From positions 59,272,001 to 59,336,000 of the forward strand of contig NC_043004.1 in assembly GCF_006345805.1 (NCBI RefSeq): DNA of 64,000 bases, written 5' to 3'. Below are positions 36,886-49,599 of the stretch, in pieces. Source of the DNA: Octopus sinensis. Its lineage: Eukaryota. Made by a program: the position numbers and the translations under genes. Below the pieces are notes generated by a model. That model saw only the letters and a program-made list of their open reading frames with translations. It was not told the origin of the DNA and ran no database searches. Within the stretch, counting starts at the first letter, position 1; every line of letters starts with the position of its first letter.

Positions 36886-38608
36886 CGCTTGTTTTTGTTT
36901 TTGGTGACGGAGATTTCTGATTGCGTTATTGGCGTGTAGCTGTATTTTTTGGCGTCGGGAGAATTTTGACTACGTTATTGTGGTGTCGCGGTTTGTGAGA
37001 TCGAATCCGGTGGTGGAAGTTGTTGCGGCGTGGTGAAGTTTTTGAGATTTTTTCACGAAAATGGAAAGCCAGACGTATGCGGGAGCAGCAGGCAAGAGCC
37101 TGGTTGCGAACGAATTGCAGTTAGAAGAAGTCTTCGTCGAGAAGGAGACGTTGAACAAGTATTTCGACAGCTTGAAGAAGGAGGGCGACTGTGTGAAGGT
37201 CACACCACCCGAAGAAGAAGCGGAAGAAGCGGAGAAACGGATTATAACGTACAAAACATGGAGCGTGACATCGAAGAAAATAGAAGTGGCACCGATAGAG
37301 GAAGTTGAATGATGTCTTAAAGGAATAGAAGCAGAGTCTACCTACTATAACAAAGGTAGAAAGTTCGCAACGGTGGTCGTCCACTTTAAAAGTGAAGACG
37401 AGGCGAAGAAGAACGCAACGAAAATTTTAAAAACTGATAGATGGATGTGTTTACCAAGCTACTGCGGGAAAAGGGCAGTCAGAATAAGAATAAGCAAGAT
37501 TTCGCCCGAACTAAATATGGAAAGGATTTTAGCAGCAGTGGTGTTTAATTGCAAGGAAAACGTGGAAATGTTGAAAGTCGAAAAATCAAAAGATATAAAG
37601 TGGTGGGGTTATGCAGTGCAGGCGTTAGTCCACATTACAATGCCTGACCTGTATAACATCCCGGAGGAGTTGGTGTTCCCCGACGAGACACGTCTCAGAG
37701 TCGTGGTGGAGGGGAGACCCCCAGTGTGTCATAAATGCAAAATAAGAGGCCACATGAAGGATGTGTGTCCGCTGAGAGAAGTACAAGAGAAAACGATAGC
37801 ACTGGAGACTTTAAAGAATGAGTTGCAAAATGCGTGTGTGGAGGAGGGAGAAATCGTTACTACAGATAATGCGGAAAGTGGTGAAGAGTTGGAGAGAGAA
37901 AATAGAAAAAGAACGCGGGTGGAATCACCACCCAAAGAACAAAAATTGAAGAAAATAGCGAAAAACAAGATTACTGACGAGAAGGAAAACCGAACGGGAG
38001 AAGAGGATACAAAAGCAGAAGTGAGTGAACCGGTAAAACTAACAGCAGAGGAAGAATGGAACAGAAGAACGAAAGAGCAGTTGAAAGCTTGTAAGAGAGG
38101 AGGAAGACCCAAAGGAAAGAAACACAGAGTGGTAATATTATACGAAAAGGACAAAAATACGGAAAAGATGTTGGCAGGTAGGAAAGGCATAGTTAGAGTA
38201 AAGTTGAACCCAGAAATACATAGTGACCTGTGGAAGGCGGTAATCGTGGAGAAAGAGACAGTGCAGAAAATGCGATATGATTATAGTGTAATTGAATGGT
38301 TATATGTACGTTATGACACCTTACCAGCTATTGTGGATCAGGAGAGCTTAATGGAGTATATAACAGATGAAGAACCAGGCATCACTGACGAGCGCCCGAC
38401 GTAGCAGAGTAATATATGTAATTGTAAATTGTGAAATTGTAATTTAAATGAAACTGCGAGCTTTGGGGGGCTCGTAAGCCGTTCCATCTAATCCATTATA
38501 AATATCTATTTCAATTCATAATTTTCGATTTTTTTTACTTTATGTACCCCACGTCCTGTCTTGTAATGTCCCCTCTTAATTCGGGCCTTAGTGCCTATAA
38601 TAAAGATT
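36886..38608 (+). mobile_element. ORF1-only (half-L1/HAL1-like) non-autonomous retroelement, full length
   Basis: 175-nt 5' UTR, one gag-like ORF, 3' UTR ending AATAAAGATT. 14-bp TSD tc(g/a)gtagcgacacc at 36872-36885 and 38609-38622; the uninterrupted site is seen at 36447-36460. Confidence 0.75.
37061..38404 (+). CDS. LINE ORF1/gag-like nucleic-acid-binding protein (447 codons, one in-frame TGA at 37310-37312)
   Basis: ORFs 37061-37312 and 37373-38404 are in the same frame with a single stop. TYAGAA N-terminal motif, RRM-like block, IPEEL...VVVEGRPPVCHKCKIRGHMKDVC (CX2CX4HX4C), basic RKRTR cluster. No RT or endonuclease follows. Confidence 0.8.
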
Positions 38609-38637
38609 TCAGTAGCGACACCTGCAGGACTGACTAC

Positions 38638-38680
38638 GCTGCATTGAGAAGGGGCAACAACCCTGAAACATGTCTGTAGC
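38638..38680 (+). ncRNA. Type I hammerhead ribozyme, second copy
   Basis: Identical core to 36476-36518. Predicted cleavage after 38674. Confidence 0.85.
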
Positions 38681-38839
38681 TGTCGGACTAGCAGGTTGAA
38701 GCGGCTGATCTCCCCTGTTCGAAGGTTTAATAACAGACGCAGTTTGTGTGTCAAGTAGCTAGCTTGAGGCGATGGCTTCATGGAGCTAATCAGCGACAGC
38801 TCTATTCTTATTTTTAAGAATGCCATATTAGTATAGCGA

Positions 38840-38886
<47 letters not shown>

Positions 38887-39289
38887 TATATATATATGCA
38901 TGTATGTATGAATATGAAATTAGATTTATGCATGTCAAATCCTGCCTCGTGGATGTCGAGGCGCATAATCACAAAAACCATGTATGAATAGCAGTAAGGA
39001 TATTATGAGGGATGAGATCACTTTATATGATAAGCACAGAGCTGAGTTAAAACGAATTCGAAATGCTGCTACAATGGTTGCCTGATTCTGTGGAACCATA
39101 TGCGCAGCATGTTTTCAGTTACTTGTGTAGAAAGAAATGGTGAAGTGCTTCTCTCAGACACGACAAAGCTTTCAAACTTTCAGCTTCTCTATAATAAAAC
39201 AAACCTGTGACCGTGAAGGAAATATAATATGCATATATATGCATGTATGTATGTTTGTATGTTTGTATGTATGTGTGTATATATATTCG

Positions 39290-39722
39290 CTTTTTTACTC
39301 TTTTACTCGTTTTAGTCATTTGACTACGGTCATGCTGGAGCACCGCCTTTAATCGACCCCAGGGCTTATTCTTTGTAAGCCTAGTACTTATTCTATCGGT
39401 CTCTTTTGACGACCCGCTAAGTTACGGGGACGTAAACACGTCAGCGATGTTGGGGTGATAAACACAGACAGACAAACATACAGACACACACACACACACA
39501 CACACACAATAATACACACACACACACGCACACATATATATATATATATACATATATACGACGGGCTTCTCTCAGTTTCCGTCTACCAAATCCAATCACA
39601 AGGCTTTGGTTGACCCGAGGCTATAGTAGAAGACACTTGCCCAAGGTGCCACGCAGTGGTACTGAACCCGGAACTATGAGGTTCGTAAGCAAGCTACTTA
39701 CTACACAGCCACTCCTACGCCT
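39290..39722 (-). mobile_element. SINE family A
   Basis: Homology to other copies. Confidence 0.88.
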
Positions 39723-39859
39723 ATATGTATGTATGTGTGTATGTATGTATGTAAGTATTATGTAAATGCGTAAATGTATGTATGTATGTATGTATGTAAG
39801 TATGTATAAGTGAGTGAGTGTGTGTGTGTGTGTTCTGAAATTCCGCTACTTAGCAACCG

Positions 39860-40315
39860 TGAATGGAAGAAGTGCACTCCTACAGCTTAACAATGCTCCA
39901 GCACATACACACACACAAACACACACACACACACACACATACACATACACACACACACACACTGCTAATGTGACCAAGCGCAAACTTGAAGAACACCAGA
40001 GCCTGGAACTGCTGCCCCAGCCTGTATATAGTGTAGACATTGCACCATCAGGTTACCTCATTTTTCTAGTCATGAATCATTTTCTGCACAGACGAAAACT
40101 AAAAAATGTGGACAAGGTTGAAAACGGGCGCAAGGTTCGTTTGCCTCTAAAGTAGCCAAACGATATAAACGTGGGACTGAGCTTGTGGCACAACTATGTC
40201 AACAAACAATACTACATAATGAGATACATTTTGATGAATATATGCTTTCTGTATGTAATTTATTTGAACTATTTATTAGAGTTTGAAATACGAAAAGTCT
40301 ATTGGTTCAACCTGA
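39860..40315 (+). mobile_element. Mariner 3' fragment with TIR
   Basis: LLQLNNAPAH[CA repeat]TANVT...LPQPVYSVDIAPSGYLIF (HDNA and PYSPDLAPSD motifs). Ends ttggttcaacctga-TA. Confidence 0.75.
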
Positions 40316-40379
40316 TATCTATACATACATACATACATACATACATATATGCGCATATATATATATATATATATATATA

Positions 40380-41384
40380 CTAGCATTAAAGACCCGTCGT
40401 TGCCGGGTCATACTGCTAGTGCATGTATATATGTGTATATATATGTGTATATGTTACATGTACATCTATATATATATACATCTACACATAAAATACAAAA
40501 TACAAAGTTATATCTTGATATCGCTAGTGATAACAATACTCAAAATATATAACAGACTGGAATTGTTAGCCCGTCTCTTCTAATTTCGATCAATTGTATC
40601 TTGACCTCCCTCTTGTATAGAAGTGTGGCTACAATCAAGCCTACCTCTACTTCTGAGGGGGGGGGGATTTTTTATTTTTTTCCGGGACGTCCTATGTCCC
40701 AGATATAAAGGTAAAAATAAAATATTTCCACTTTGCAAGTTCGAGTCGAGTACTCCCTTGCACGCTCCGTTGACTCGAACCTCTGATTAGATACCTTTCA
40801 TAATCGCACCAAGACACTTTTCGAAGGTGATTTCCTCTATGTGTTCAAATCTTTTTTCTCTACATTGTATACTTTATAGACAATAGTCTTTACTTTAATT
40901 TAATTTTTTATTATCCATCTGGATTATTCCATTTCTGAACACTAATTTTATTTTTTAATTTATTCCCATTCATGTGAAACCACTTATTCAAGTTCAAGTC
41001 ATTGATGCAATTTTATACTAATTGCTATTTTTACTTTTGTTATGTTACGATTATATTATACTTTAGTTTGATTTTAATTATTACAACTACATATTATTCA
41101 ATTGTTATTATTATTTTTATTGTTAAAGTGAAAGTATCTGACATAAAATAAAGAAACTTTTTGGTTTCAATTTTAACACGTAATACTGAAATAGTGAAGA
41201 TATGATATTGCTATGGGCTCGTTCTAGGCAAGAAGTTGAGCATTTTTTTTGCCCATGAAACTACATGGACCCTAAGTAAGGCAATTGTAAAATTTGAATG
41301 GAATTGGTTGTGTAGTTCTCAAGTTTTAGGGAAACACACTGACAGACAGACAGACACACATTCTCAGTTTTATATATATAAAGA
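40380..41384 (-). mobile_element. Non-autonomous Helitron-like element
   Basis: Minus strand begins A|TC followed by a (gtct)n tract and ends with hairpin acccggcaacgacgggt and CTAG|T, i.e. canonical ends in an AT target. Confidence 0.7.
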
Positions 41385-42319
41385 TATATATATATAACTC
41401 GAAATAGCTGTGTGTGTGTGCGCGCGCATACATGTATGCTTTTTAAGCGTTTCCACATTTTTCATCCAATTTGATGAATTTTTTTATTAAATGGCAAATT
41501 TACCCAGGTAGGTCACTGCCGTATTATCAATGCCTAGAGATACCCAACTCAAGGAGAAAAATGAATAAAACTGAAGGAACTCCTTACTTTTTGCAGAAAA
41601 AGGCAAAATTTGCACGCGGCTAAAGTTTTTAGAGGAACGTCCGATTTTTATAATTTTGGTGTTAAAAGAACTGCGATGTTGCGAAATTTCAGACAAATAT
41701 TTTGGCACTGCTTTGGGGCCGCCGATTACTAAGAAAATCGCGAAAATTTTGAAAAACATCGGTTTTCGCATTTTTGCAATGATACACAATATAAAACGTT
41801 TTACTGGAAAGTCCTATTTCCATAGTTTTTACAGCTAAAGCACCATCATGTAATGACGGTTCTGTCAAGTATCTGTTCTCTATCCAAAGGCATCCCTGTG
41901 CGACAAAAAACCGCGAAATTCTTTGAAACAATCTATTTTATTCACTTTTCCCATTTTAAATCTTCAATAACTTTTCACTGCTTCGGTTGATTATGTCCAG
42001 ACTTTACACGCTACTTACTCATCCTAAGGATAACGTTAGGAGACTCCGATTTGCACAGAATTCAACCGCGTATGACAAACAATTGCGAAAAGATGAGTAG
42101 AAAACCGGCATTTTGCCGTTAAATTCCTCATTTTTGATCGAATACGTTCATATCTTACATGAACAGTACAGATGACTCAATAATGGTTTAAAACTATTTT
42201 TGGCTAGTATTCTTTATCTAACCTGCAACAGATCTACGAGATACTGTTAAACATCACCTTTTCGCATTTTTGCAGTGTTACACCCAAGAAAGTTGTTTCA
42301 AAGAACGCCCGATATATAT

Positions 42320-42631
42320 ATAGCCCGAGGCCGACCAATGACTTGTGAGTGGATTTGGTAGACAGAAACGTAAAGAAGCCTGTCGTATATATGTATATAT
42401 ATGTATGTATGTATGTGTATGTGTTTGTGTGTCTGCGTTTGTCTCCCTAGCATTGATTGACAACCAATGCTGGTGTGTTTACGTCCCCGTCACTTAGCGG
42501 TTCGGCAAAGAGACCGATAGAATAAGTACTGGGCTTACAAAGAATAAGTCCCGGGGTCGATTTGCTCGACTAAAGGCGGTGCTCCAGCAAGGCCGCAGTC
42601 AAATGACTGAAACAAATAAAAGAGTAAAAGA

Positions 42632-42632
<1 letters not shown>
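42320..42632 (+). mobile_element. SINE family A (5'-truncated)
   Basis: Homology to other copies. Confidence 0.85.
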
Positions 42633-42671
<39 letters not shown>

Positions 42672-43186
42672 CTTTTTCTTGCAAAAGAAACGCTATGTTG
42701 CGTCATTTCTGGAAAGTATTTGTTCTTTGTCCCTGTGCAGCTGGGTTCTACAGAAAAATTCAAGACATGGACACTCCTCTCCCTCCAACAGCTTCACCTT
42801 TTTGCAGAGGGCTAGGTCTAGGTCAACGTTCTACTCTCACTTACTCCTTCACGTGTGAAAATGGCTAATGGCACTTAATTTGCGCCGTTTAACCCCCCCC
42901 CCCATAATTAGACAATATCCTTTCAACACCAATCTAGTACGATAAAATGCCTGTGCTGGCAAAACATTTATGCGATATGTAAACATTTCCCTCCACCACC
43001 ATTATCCGAACTTCGAGCACCTCCTCCGGCGTTTGGTTGCTCAACTAATAAATACCAATTGAGAAAAATCACTTCCTCCTCAGTGTCGATGTTTACAACT
43101 GAACGCAAAAATGTTCGAAACTATTAAGACTATTGCCGAGTATCTAATATCCGAGCAACGCCGGGATCTCCTGCTAGTATATGTAT

Positions 43187-43297
<111 letters not shown>

Positions 43298-43433
43298 CAT
43301 ATATATATGTATGTATATGTATATGTATATGTATATATATATATATGTGTATATGTATATATATATATATATTTATATATACATATATATACATACATAC
43401 ATGCATACATACATACATATATATATATATTTA

Positions 43434-43473
<40 letters not shown>

Positions 43474-44166
43474 GTATATATATGTTAGATAGGTTGTTTG
43501 AAAGGCAGAAAACATTATAACATACAGAACGTAGTTAGGTTGGCAGATACTATATAATATAATATATAGAGAGGTGGGTTGATGGGGCTGGATATATTGA
43601 TAGGTTGGTAAGTAGATAAATACAATGACAGAGAGTTAAACATACAGACGATGACATAAGAACATAGATAGATCGATAGATAGATACATACATACATAAA
43701 TACGTACATACCTACATACATGCATGCATTCATACATACATACATACATGCATACATACATACATAAATACATACATATATACATACATACATGCATGCA
43801 TACATACATACATACATGCATACATACATACATACATACATACATACATACATACATAAATACATGCATACATACATGCATACATGCATACATACATACA
43901 TATGATATCCCTTCATTGTATTGTATGATCAATGATAGCAAAACCACTTCGAAGTTCAGCTTGGTCAAGTGACTGGATGTTATCCAAATATTTCCTTTGG
44001 ATATAGCGTTCTTCATGATCTTTGTTTATTTATTGCAGTTAGAAGACTTAAAGACTGATGGCTTACAAGTTGTAAATTTCAAGAAAAGTTATAACAGCAA
44101 GTCACTGTTTAAACATTTACAACCCCGATACATAGTAGATACATACATACACACGCACACTCACTC

Positions 44167-44201
<35 letters not shown>

Positions 44202-44227
44202 ACACCACACACTCACACACACACACG

Positions 44228-44305
<78 letters not shown>

Positions 44306-45111
44306 CATATATATATAAAGATATATACAGCCACAATGCATGCCAACACATTGGCTTTCAAGATAACAGATCGGGTCTACAATATTTATCAGTCGGCCGA
44401 AGATATGTCCAGGTCGCTTAAGTATGGCTTTTATCCGAAACAGCTATCTTAAAAGCACCAGAGTGTGGAAGTTTATAATTTCTATTTCTCTTTTTATGCA
44501 CTTTCATTACGTTTCCATTGCCCTGAATTTTAAGGATTCTTTTTTTTTTTTTTTTGCGTTCAACTATTCAGAGTGGTTATTTGATTAAGCAATTCGTAAA
44601 TTTGCTTATCTGATTTCTGATGCAATTTATAAGGTATCGCATGTTAAATTGTTTGAGCCTAAAGACATTCCTCTCATCAGTTGTTTGATTCTCTGTACCG
44701 TGTCAATAAAATAATTCTTTGATGCTATAGTTTCGGTGTGGAGTCAATAACGCTGGTTCCTGTAATCTCGTTTTTGCATGTGTCACAGAAGTATAACCTT
44801 TCTGAGAACTCTATTACTTTAGCTGCAGTTCTATTTCTACAGTCATTGATGGTTTCATATTTGAATTTCGACACTGGCACTTGGGCTTCTTTCATTATCT
44901 TTCTAGTGAAGGAAAACGTTATTGAAATATTGTATCTATGTTATTCACGTTCGCCTTTCTTATGTCATCTCGTGTTATATTTTTACAAGCATAGACACTG
45001 CGCAAACGTTTAACTTTTGATTTGGTGAATTACCTTGGAAAATATTTTGATTTCCTCACAAGTTTAGAAGGGGTTACTAAGATAATTTACGAGAATATTT
45101 GTCTTGTGCTA

Positions 45112-45515
45112 CCAGGAGTGGCTGTGTGATAAGTAGCTTGCTTACCAACCACATGGTTCCGGGTTCAGTCCCACTGCGTGGCATCTTGGGCAAGTGTCTT
45201 CTGCTGTAGCCCCGGCCGACCAAAGCCTGTGAGTGGATTTGGTAGACGGAAACTGAAAGAAGCCTGTCGTATATATGTAATATATATCTATATGTATGTT
45301 GTGTGTTTGTGTGTCTGTGTTTGTCCCCTAGCATTGCTTGACAACCGATGCTGGTGTGTTTACGTCCCCGTCAATTTGCGGTTCGGCAAAAGAGACCGAT
45401 AGAATAAGTACTGGGCTTACAAAGAATAAGTCCTGGGGTCGATTTGTTCGACTAAAGGCGGTGCTCCAGCATGGCCTACAGTCAAATGACTGAAACAAGT
45501 AAAAGACTAAAAGAG
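45112..45515 (+). mobile_element. SINE family A
   Basis: Full head to tail. Confidence 0.9.
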
Positions 45516-46398
45516 AGTATATAGTTTTCAAGTGATAGCATGAAAATAAAATAAATAGTTTATGTTTAAGATTGCAATATCAATTTGCTTGTTTTTCAGT
45601 TGCTGGGGATCCCGTTGGCTCTTGACTGTTCTAAGTGTTTGTTACTACAGTGAAACAGTATCACTTCTGCAAATTTGAAGGAGATTTGGAGCTAAACTTT
45701 TATCATTCTCTGATCTTGTTATGGTCTTAACATCACAGAATTTGCATTTTGTAGTTTCTAATAATGAAATTTCATTTCTCTTAGTATAGATTTTATTCTG
45801 CCCACTTTTTTCTTTACACTTCTTAAAGGAATATTGATTGATATCGACATTTCTTGACTGGAACAAATTAACAAGCCTTTGTATTCTTTCGCTTGTTTTA
45901 CGTTGAGGGCATTTTTTTCTACACAATGCTCGTTCTCTTGCTCACTCCTAGTGCTCCGGTCTCACGTTATGAAGCTAAGAATTTGTGACGGACGAATGCG
46001 TGATTACTGTCTATATGGAATAGTGCCAGTTTTTCCTTTCTATATTGTAAAAGATGTGATGTTCCATTTTTACCTTTGCAGCTTTTTATGATTACTTGAA
46101 ACTCAATAATGAACAGTAATATCTGTCTTTTATTTAATTCTTAAGAATTGTAAGTTCTTTTACTGTGAGATACATAGACGTAAATACGACCACAAGTTCA
46201 TGAGTCCATATATCTCTGACGATCTGTCACATGTCTCTCAGAGCACACACACGCATATGGGCGTGCATATATTCATATATATATATGTATGTATTATATA
46301 TATATTATATATATATAAATATATATATATAGATATATATATATATATGTATAATATATATATATGTATATATAATATATATATGTACACAAACACAC

Positions 46399-46429
<31 letters not shown>

Positions 46430-46674
46430 GCATATACATACATATATAATACACACATACATATCTATATATCTTTAATTTATATAGCTTTGTATATAGA
46501 TATAGATATATAAAATATATATGTGTGATGTGTGTGTGTGTACAGAGAGAGAGAGAGAGTGAGAGAGAGAGAGAGCGTGAGAGAGATCGGGATAGAATTT
46601 CAGAGATGTATAGACACACGTGAACAAAGGTTCGTACTTACGTTCATACATCTCACAGATCTTAGACACACACA

Positions 46675-46709
<35 letters not shown>

Positions 46710-46723
46710 ATATACACATGTAA

Positions 46724-46754
<31 letters not shown>

Positions 46755-47242
46755 TATATAGATATATATATACATATATACATGTATGTATACATGCTTG
46801 TATATATACACATGTATATATACATATACACAGATATGTATATAAAATTTGTGTGTGTGTGCGTATGTGTGTCTGCGTGAGTGTGTGTGATGTTAGTGCG
46901 GTGCTAGTACGCATGAATCATTACACGTAGCATGAAACCTCTGCGCATTCTTTGTAGCGATGTAAACAACCGTATGCTTCGAACGAACACGTAACTTCTC
47001 TGACACGTATTTAGTACTTTTTCCTGATATATACACACCACAGGAATAACGGCTGCTCGAAAAAGCACAGAAATACGCAAAAAAAAATTAGCTATTGTTG
47101 TTGCAGCTTATTAGCTTTTTTTCTTTTCTATCCAATTTCCCCAATAATTCAATAACCAATCCAATTGCTGAGTACACCTGTTGGCAATAGAAAAATAATC
47201 GAATGAAAAACGCCTCCCCCCCCACACTATTTTATATACATA

Positions 47243-47287
<45 letters not shown>

Positions 47288-47379
47288 ATATATATATATA
47301 CACACATATACATATACATATATATATATGTGTATATATATATATATATATTATAGATATTATATATATATACATATAC

Positions 47380-47451
<72 letters not shown>

Positions 47452-47781
47452 ATATATATATATATATATATGCGCGTGTGAAGTGTGTATATGTGTGCTT
47501 GGCATTGTAACTATATATTTGATAGATTTGCTAAGAAAGAAAATATCAATTACCTGAAGAGGTTGAACATTCTCCTATGACGAAGATTTAAAGATTTAAC
47601 GTATAATTAATTTGTGCCTTCTTGGGTTTTGAAATACGCATAAAAATATACGTATGTATGTATGTATGTACGTATGTAAGTATATTTGTGTCTATATATG
47701 CACAATGATATGCTTACTGATGGGCGAAAATGCACGATAATACACATACGCACGCATACAGACACATATATTTATATGCAT

Positions 47782-48011
47782 GGCGGCGAACTGGCAGAAA
47801 CGTTAGCACGCCGGGCGAAATGCGTAGCCGTATTTCGTCTGTCGTTACATTCCGAGTTCAAATTCAGCCGAGGTCAACTTTGCCTTTCATCCTTTCGAGG
47901 TCGATAAATTAAGTGCCAGTTTCGCACTGGAGTCGATGTAATCGACTTAATCCCTTTATCTGTCTTTGTTAGTCCCCTCTATGTTTAGCCCCTCGTGGGT
48001 AGTAAAGAAAT
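47782..48011 (+). mobile_element. SINE family B
   Basis: Homology to other copies. Confidence 0.88.
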
Positions 48012-48019
48012 ATATATTT

Positions 48020-48041
48020 ATATGCATACATACACATATAA

Positions 48042-48072
<31 letters not shown>

Positions 48073-49049
48073 CATACATTCATACGTACATACATTCATA
48101 CATACATACATACATACATACATTCATACATACATACATATATACATGCATACATAATACATACATGCATACATACATACATTCATACATGCATACATAC
48201 ATACATTTATACATACATACATTCATACATACATACATACATACATTCATACATACATACATATATACATACATTCATACATACATACATACATTCATAC
48301 ATACATACATACATACACACATACATACATTCATACATACATACATACATTCATACATACATACACAGATACATACATTCATACATACATGCATACATTC
48401 ATACGTACATACATTCATACATACATACATACATTCATACATACATACATACATACATACACACACACATACATACATACATACATACATACATACATAC
48501 ATACATACATACATTCTACATACATACATACATACATACACACATACATACATACATACATACATACATACATACAACCAGACATACATACACATACATA
48601 ACATACATACAAACATACATACAAACACATACATAACTACAAACATACATACATACATACATACACCCACATACATACATACATGCATACATACACCTCA
48701 CATACATACATACATACATACATACATACATACATACATACATACAAACATACATACATACAAACATACATACATACATACATAAACATACATACACACA
48801 TACATACATACATACATACAACACAACACTACATACATACATACATACATACATACATACATACATACATACATTCTACATACATACATACATACATACA
48901 TACATACATACATACATACATACATACATACATACATACATACATACATACAAACATACATACATACATACATACAAACATATATACAAACAAACATACA
49001 TACAAACATACATACATACATACAAACATACATACATACATACATACAT

Positions 49050-49087
<38 letters not shown>
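48020..49087. repeat. ~1 kb degenerate (CATA)n microsatellite ending in (GACA)n
   Basis: Direct reading. It is the source of many spurious HTYI/MYVC ORFs. Confidence 0.95.
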
Positions 49088-49088
<1 letters not shown>

Positions 49089-49449
49089 TGCGTATTGTAG
49101 TTCGTCTCTCATCGTCCGAGAGAAATGGTTCTGTTATTTCTTGCTGAACAAGTTGCGGAAATATTTAGTCGGTACTGATCAAACATTTTTGCAGTACATT
49201 AGCTCGCTCTCTCCATGAAATCGACGTTGCCTGATCAGGTGTAAAGTGTGCCAGACGTCAGGAGTGGATGTGATCGCAGAGCACCATATCCACTTGTCCA
49301 TTCACTAGGTTATGTGCATATATATGGAAAATAGTTGTGTGTGTATACTCTGCAATCCAGTTACTCTCCGTCCCCAAGTTAAACAGTTTTCTATTGTTCT
49401 CTTACTGGATTCAGTCATCCCATTGCGCTAATATAGGGGAACTTGCATT

Positions 49450-49599
49450 TCATAATTTAATTAATTGCATTGATCTGAATTCATATTTTGCGTTCCAGGT
49501 ACCCCTTCTTTTTTGACGTAAGTGGGACAAAAGGCTAGCTGGATCCGAACAGGATATTAATAAAAAACATATAGCTACATAAATAAATACTCTAAACAT
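49450..49599 (-). CDS. Possible first coding exon of a secreted prepro-protein (signal peptide + RQKR site)
   Basis: tttacag acceptor 11 nt before AAAATG, then MFRVFIYVAICFLLISCSDPASLLSHLRQKRRG. Only a weak donor (GTACCT after 49503) is available; otherwise the frame stops at 49 aa. Confidence 0.35.
   Translation of the reverse strand: MFRVFIYVAICFLLISCSDPASLLSHLRQKRRGTWNAKYEFRSMQLIKL

Larger units (their letters stand above)
36246..38845 (+). mobile_element. Retrozyme-like hammerhead tandem unit (~363-nt monomer) with a 5' inverted arm, flanked by (TA)n
   Basis: Unit starts at 36431 and again at 36856, the second interrupted and resuming at 38609-38845. 36246-36430 is the reverse complement of 36625-36809 (4 mismatches). 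Confidence 0.8.

Noticed and set aside
36978-37010. A-box/B-box-like motifs (tggtgtcgcgg, gatcgaatc) in the ORF1 5' UTR
   Set aside because: Only 7 nt apart, too close for a Pol III type 2 promoter.
37729-38190. 153-aa hydrophobic/Ser-rich minus-strand ORF
   Set aside because: Antisense shadow of the purine-rich ORF1.
36245-38845. DIRS/Ngaro tyrosine-recombinase element reading of the inverted and split repeats
   Set aside because: No RT, RNase H or recombinase. The repeats are fully explained by an HHR tandem unit plus a TSD-flanked insertion.
47995-49147. Many long HTYI/MYVC ORFs (also at 43 kb, 19 kb and 63 kb)
   Set aside because: Microsatellite translations.
49499-49517. Plus-strand 19-nt microexon (ttccag|...|gtaagt) overlapping the signal-peptide candidate
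   Set aside because: Non-multiple-of-three length and no partner exons. Noted only as an alternative reading.
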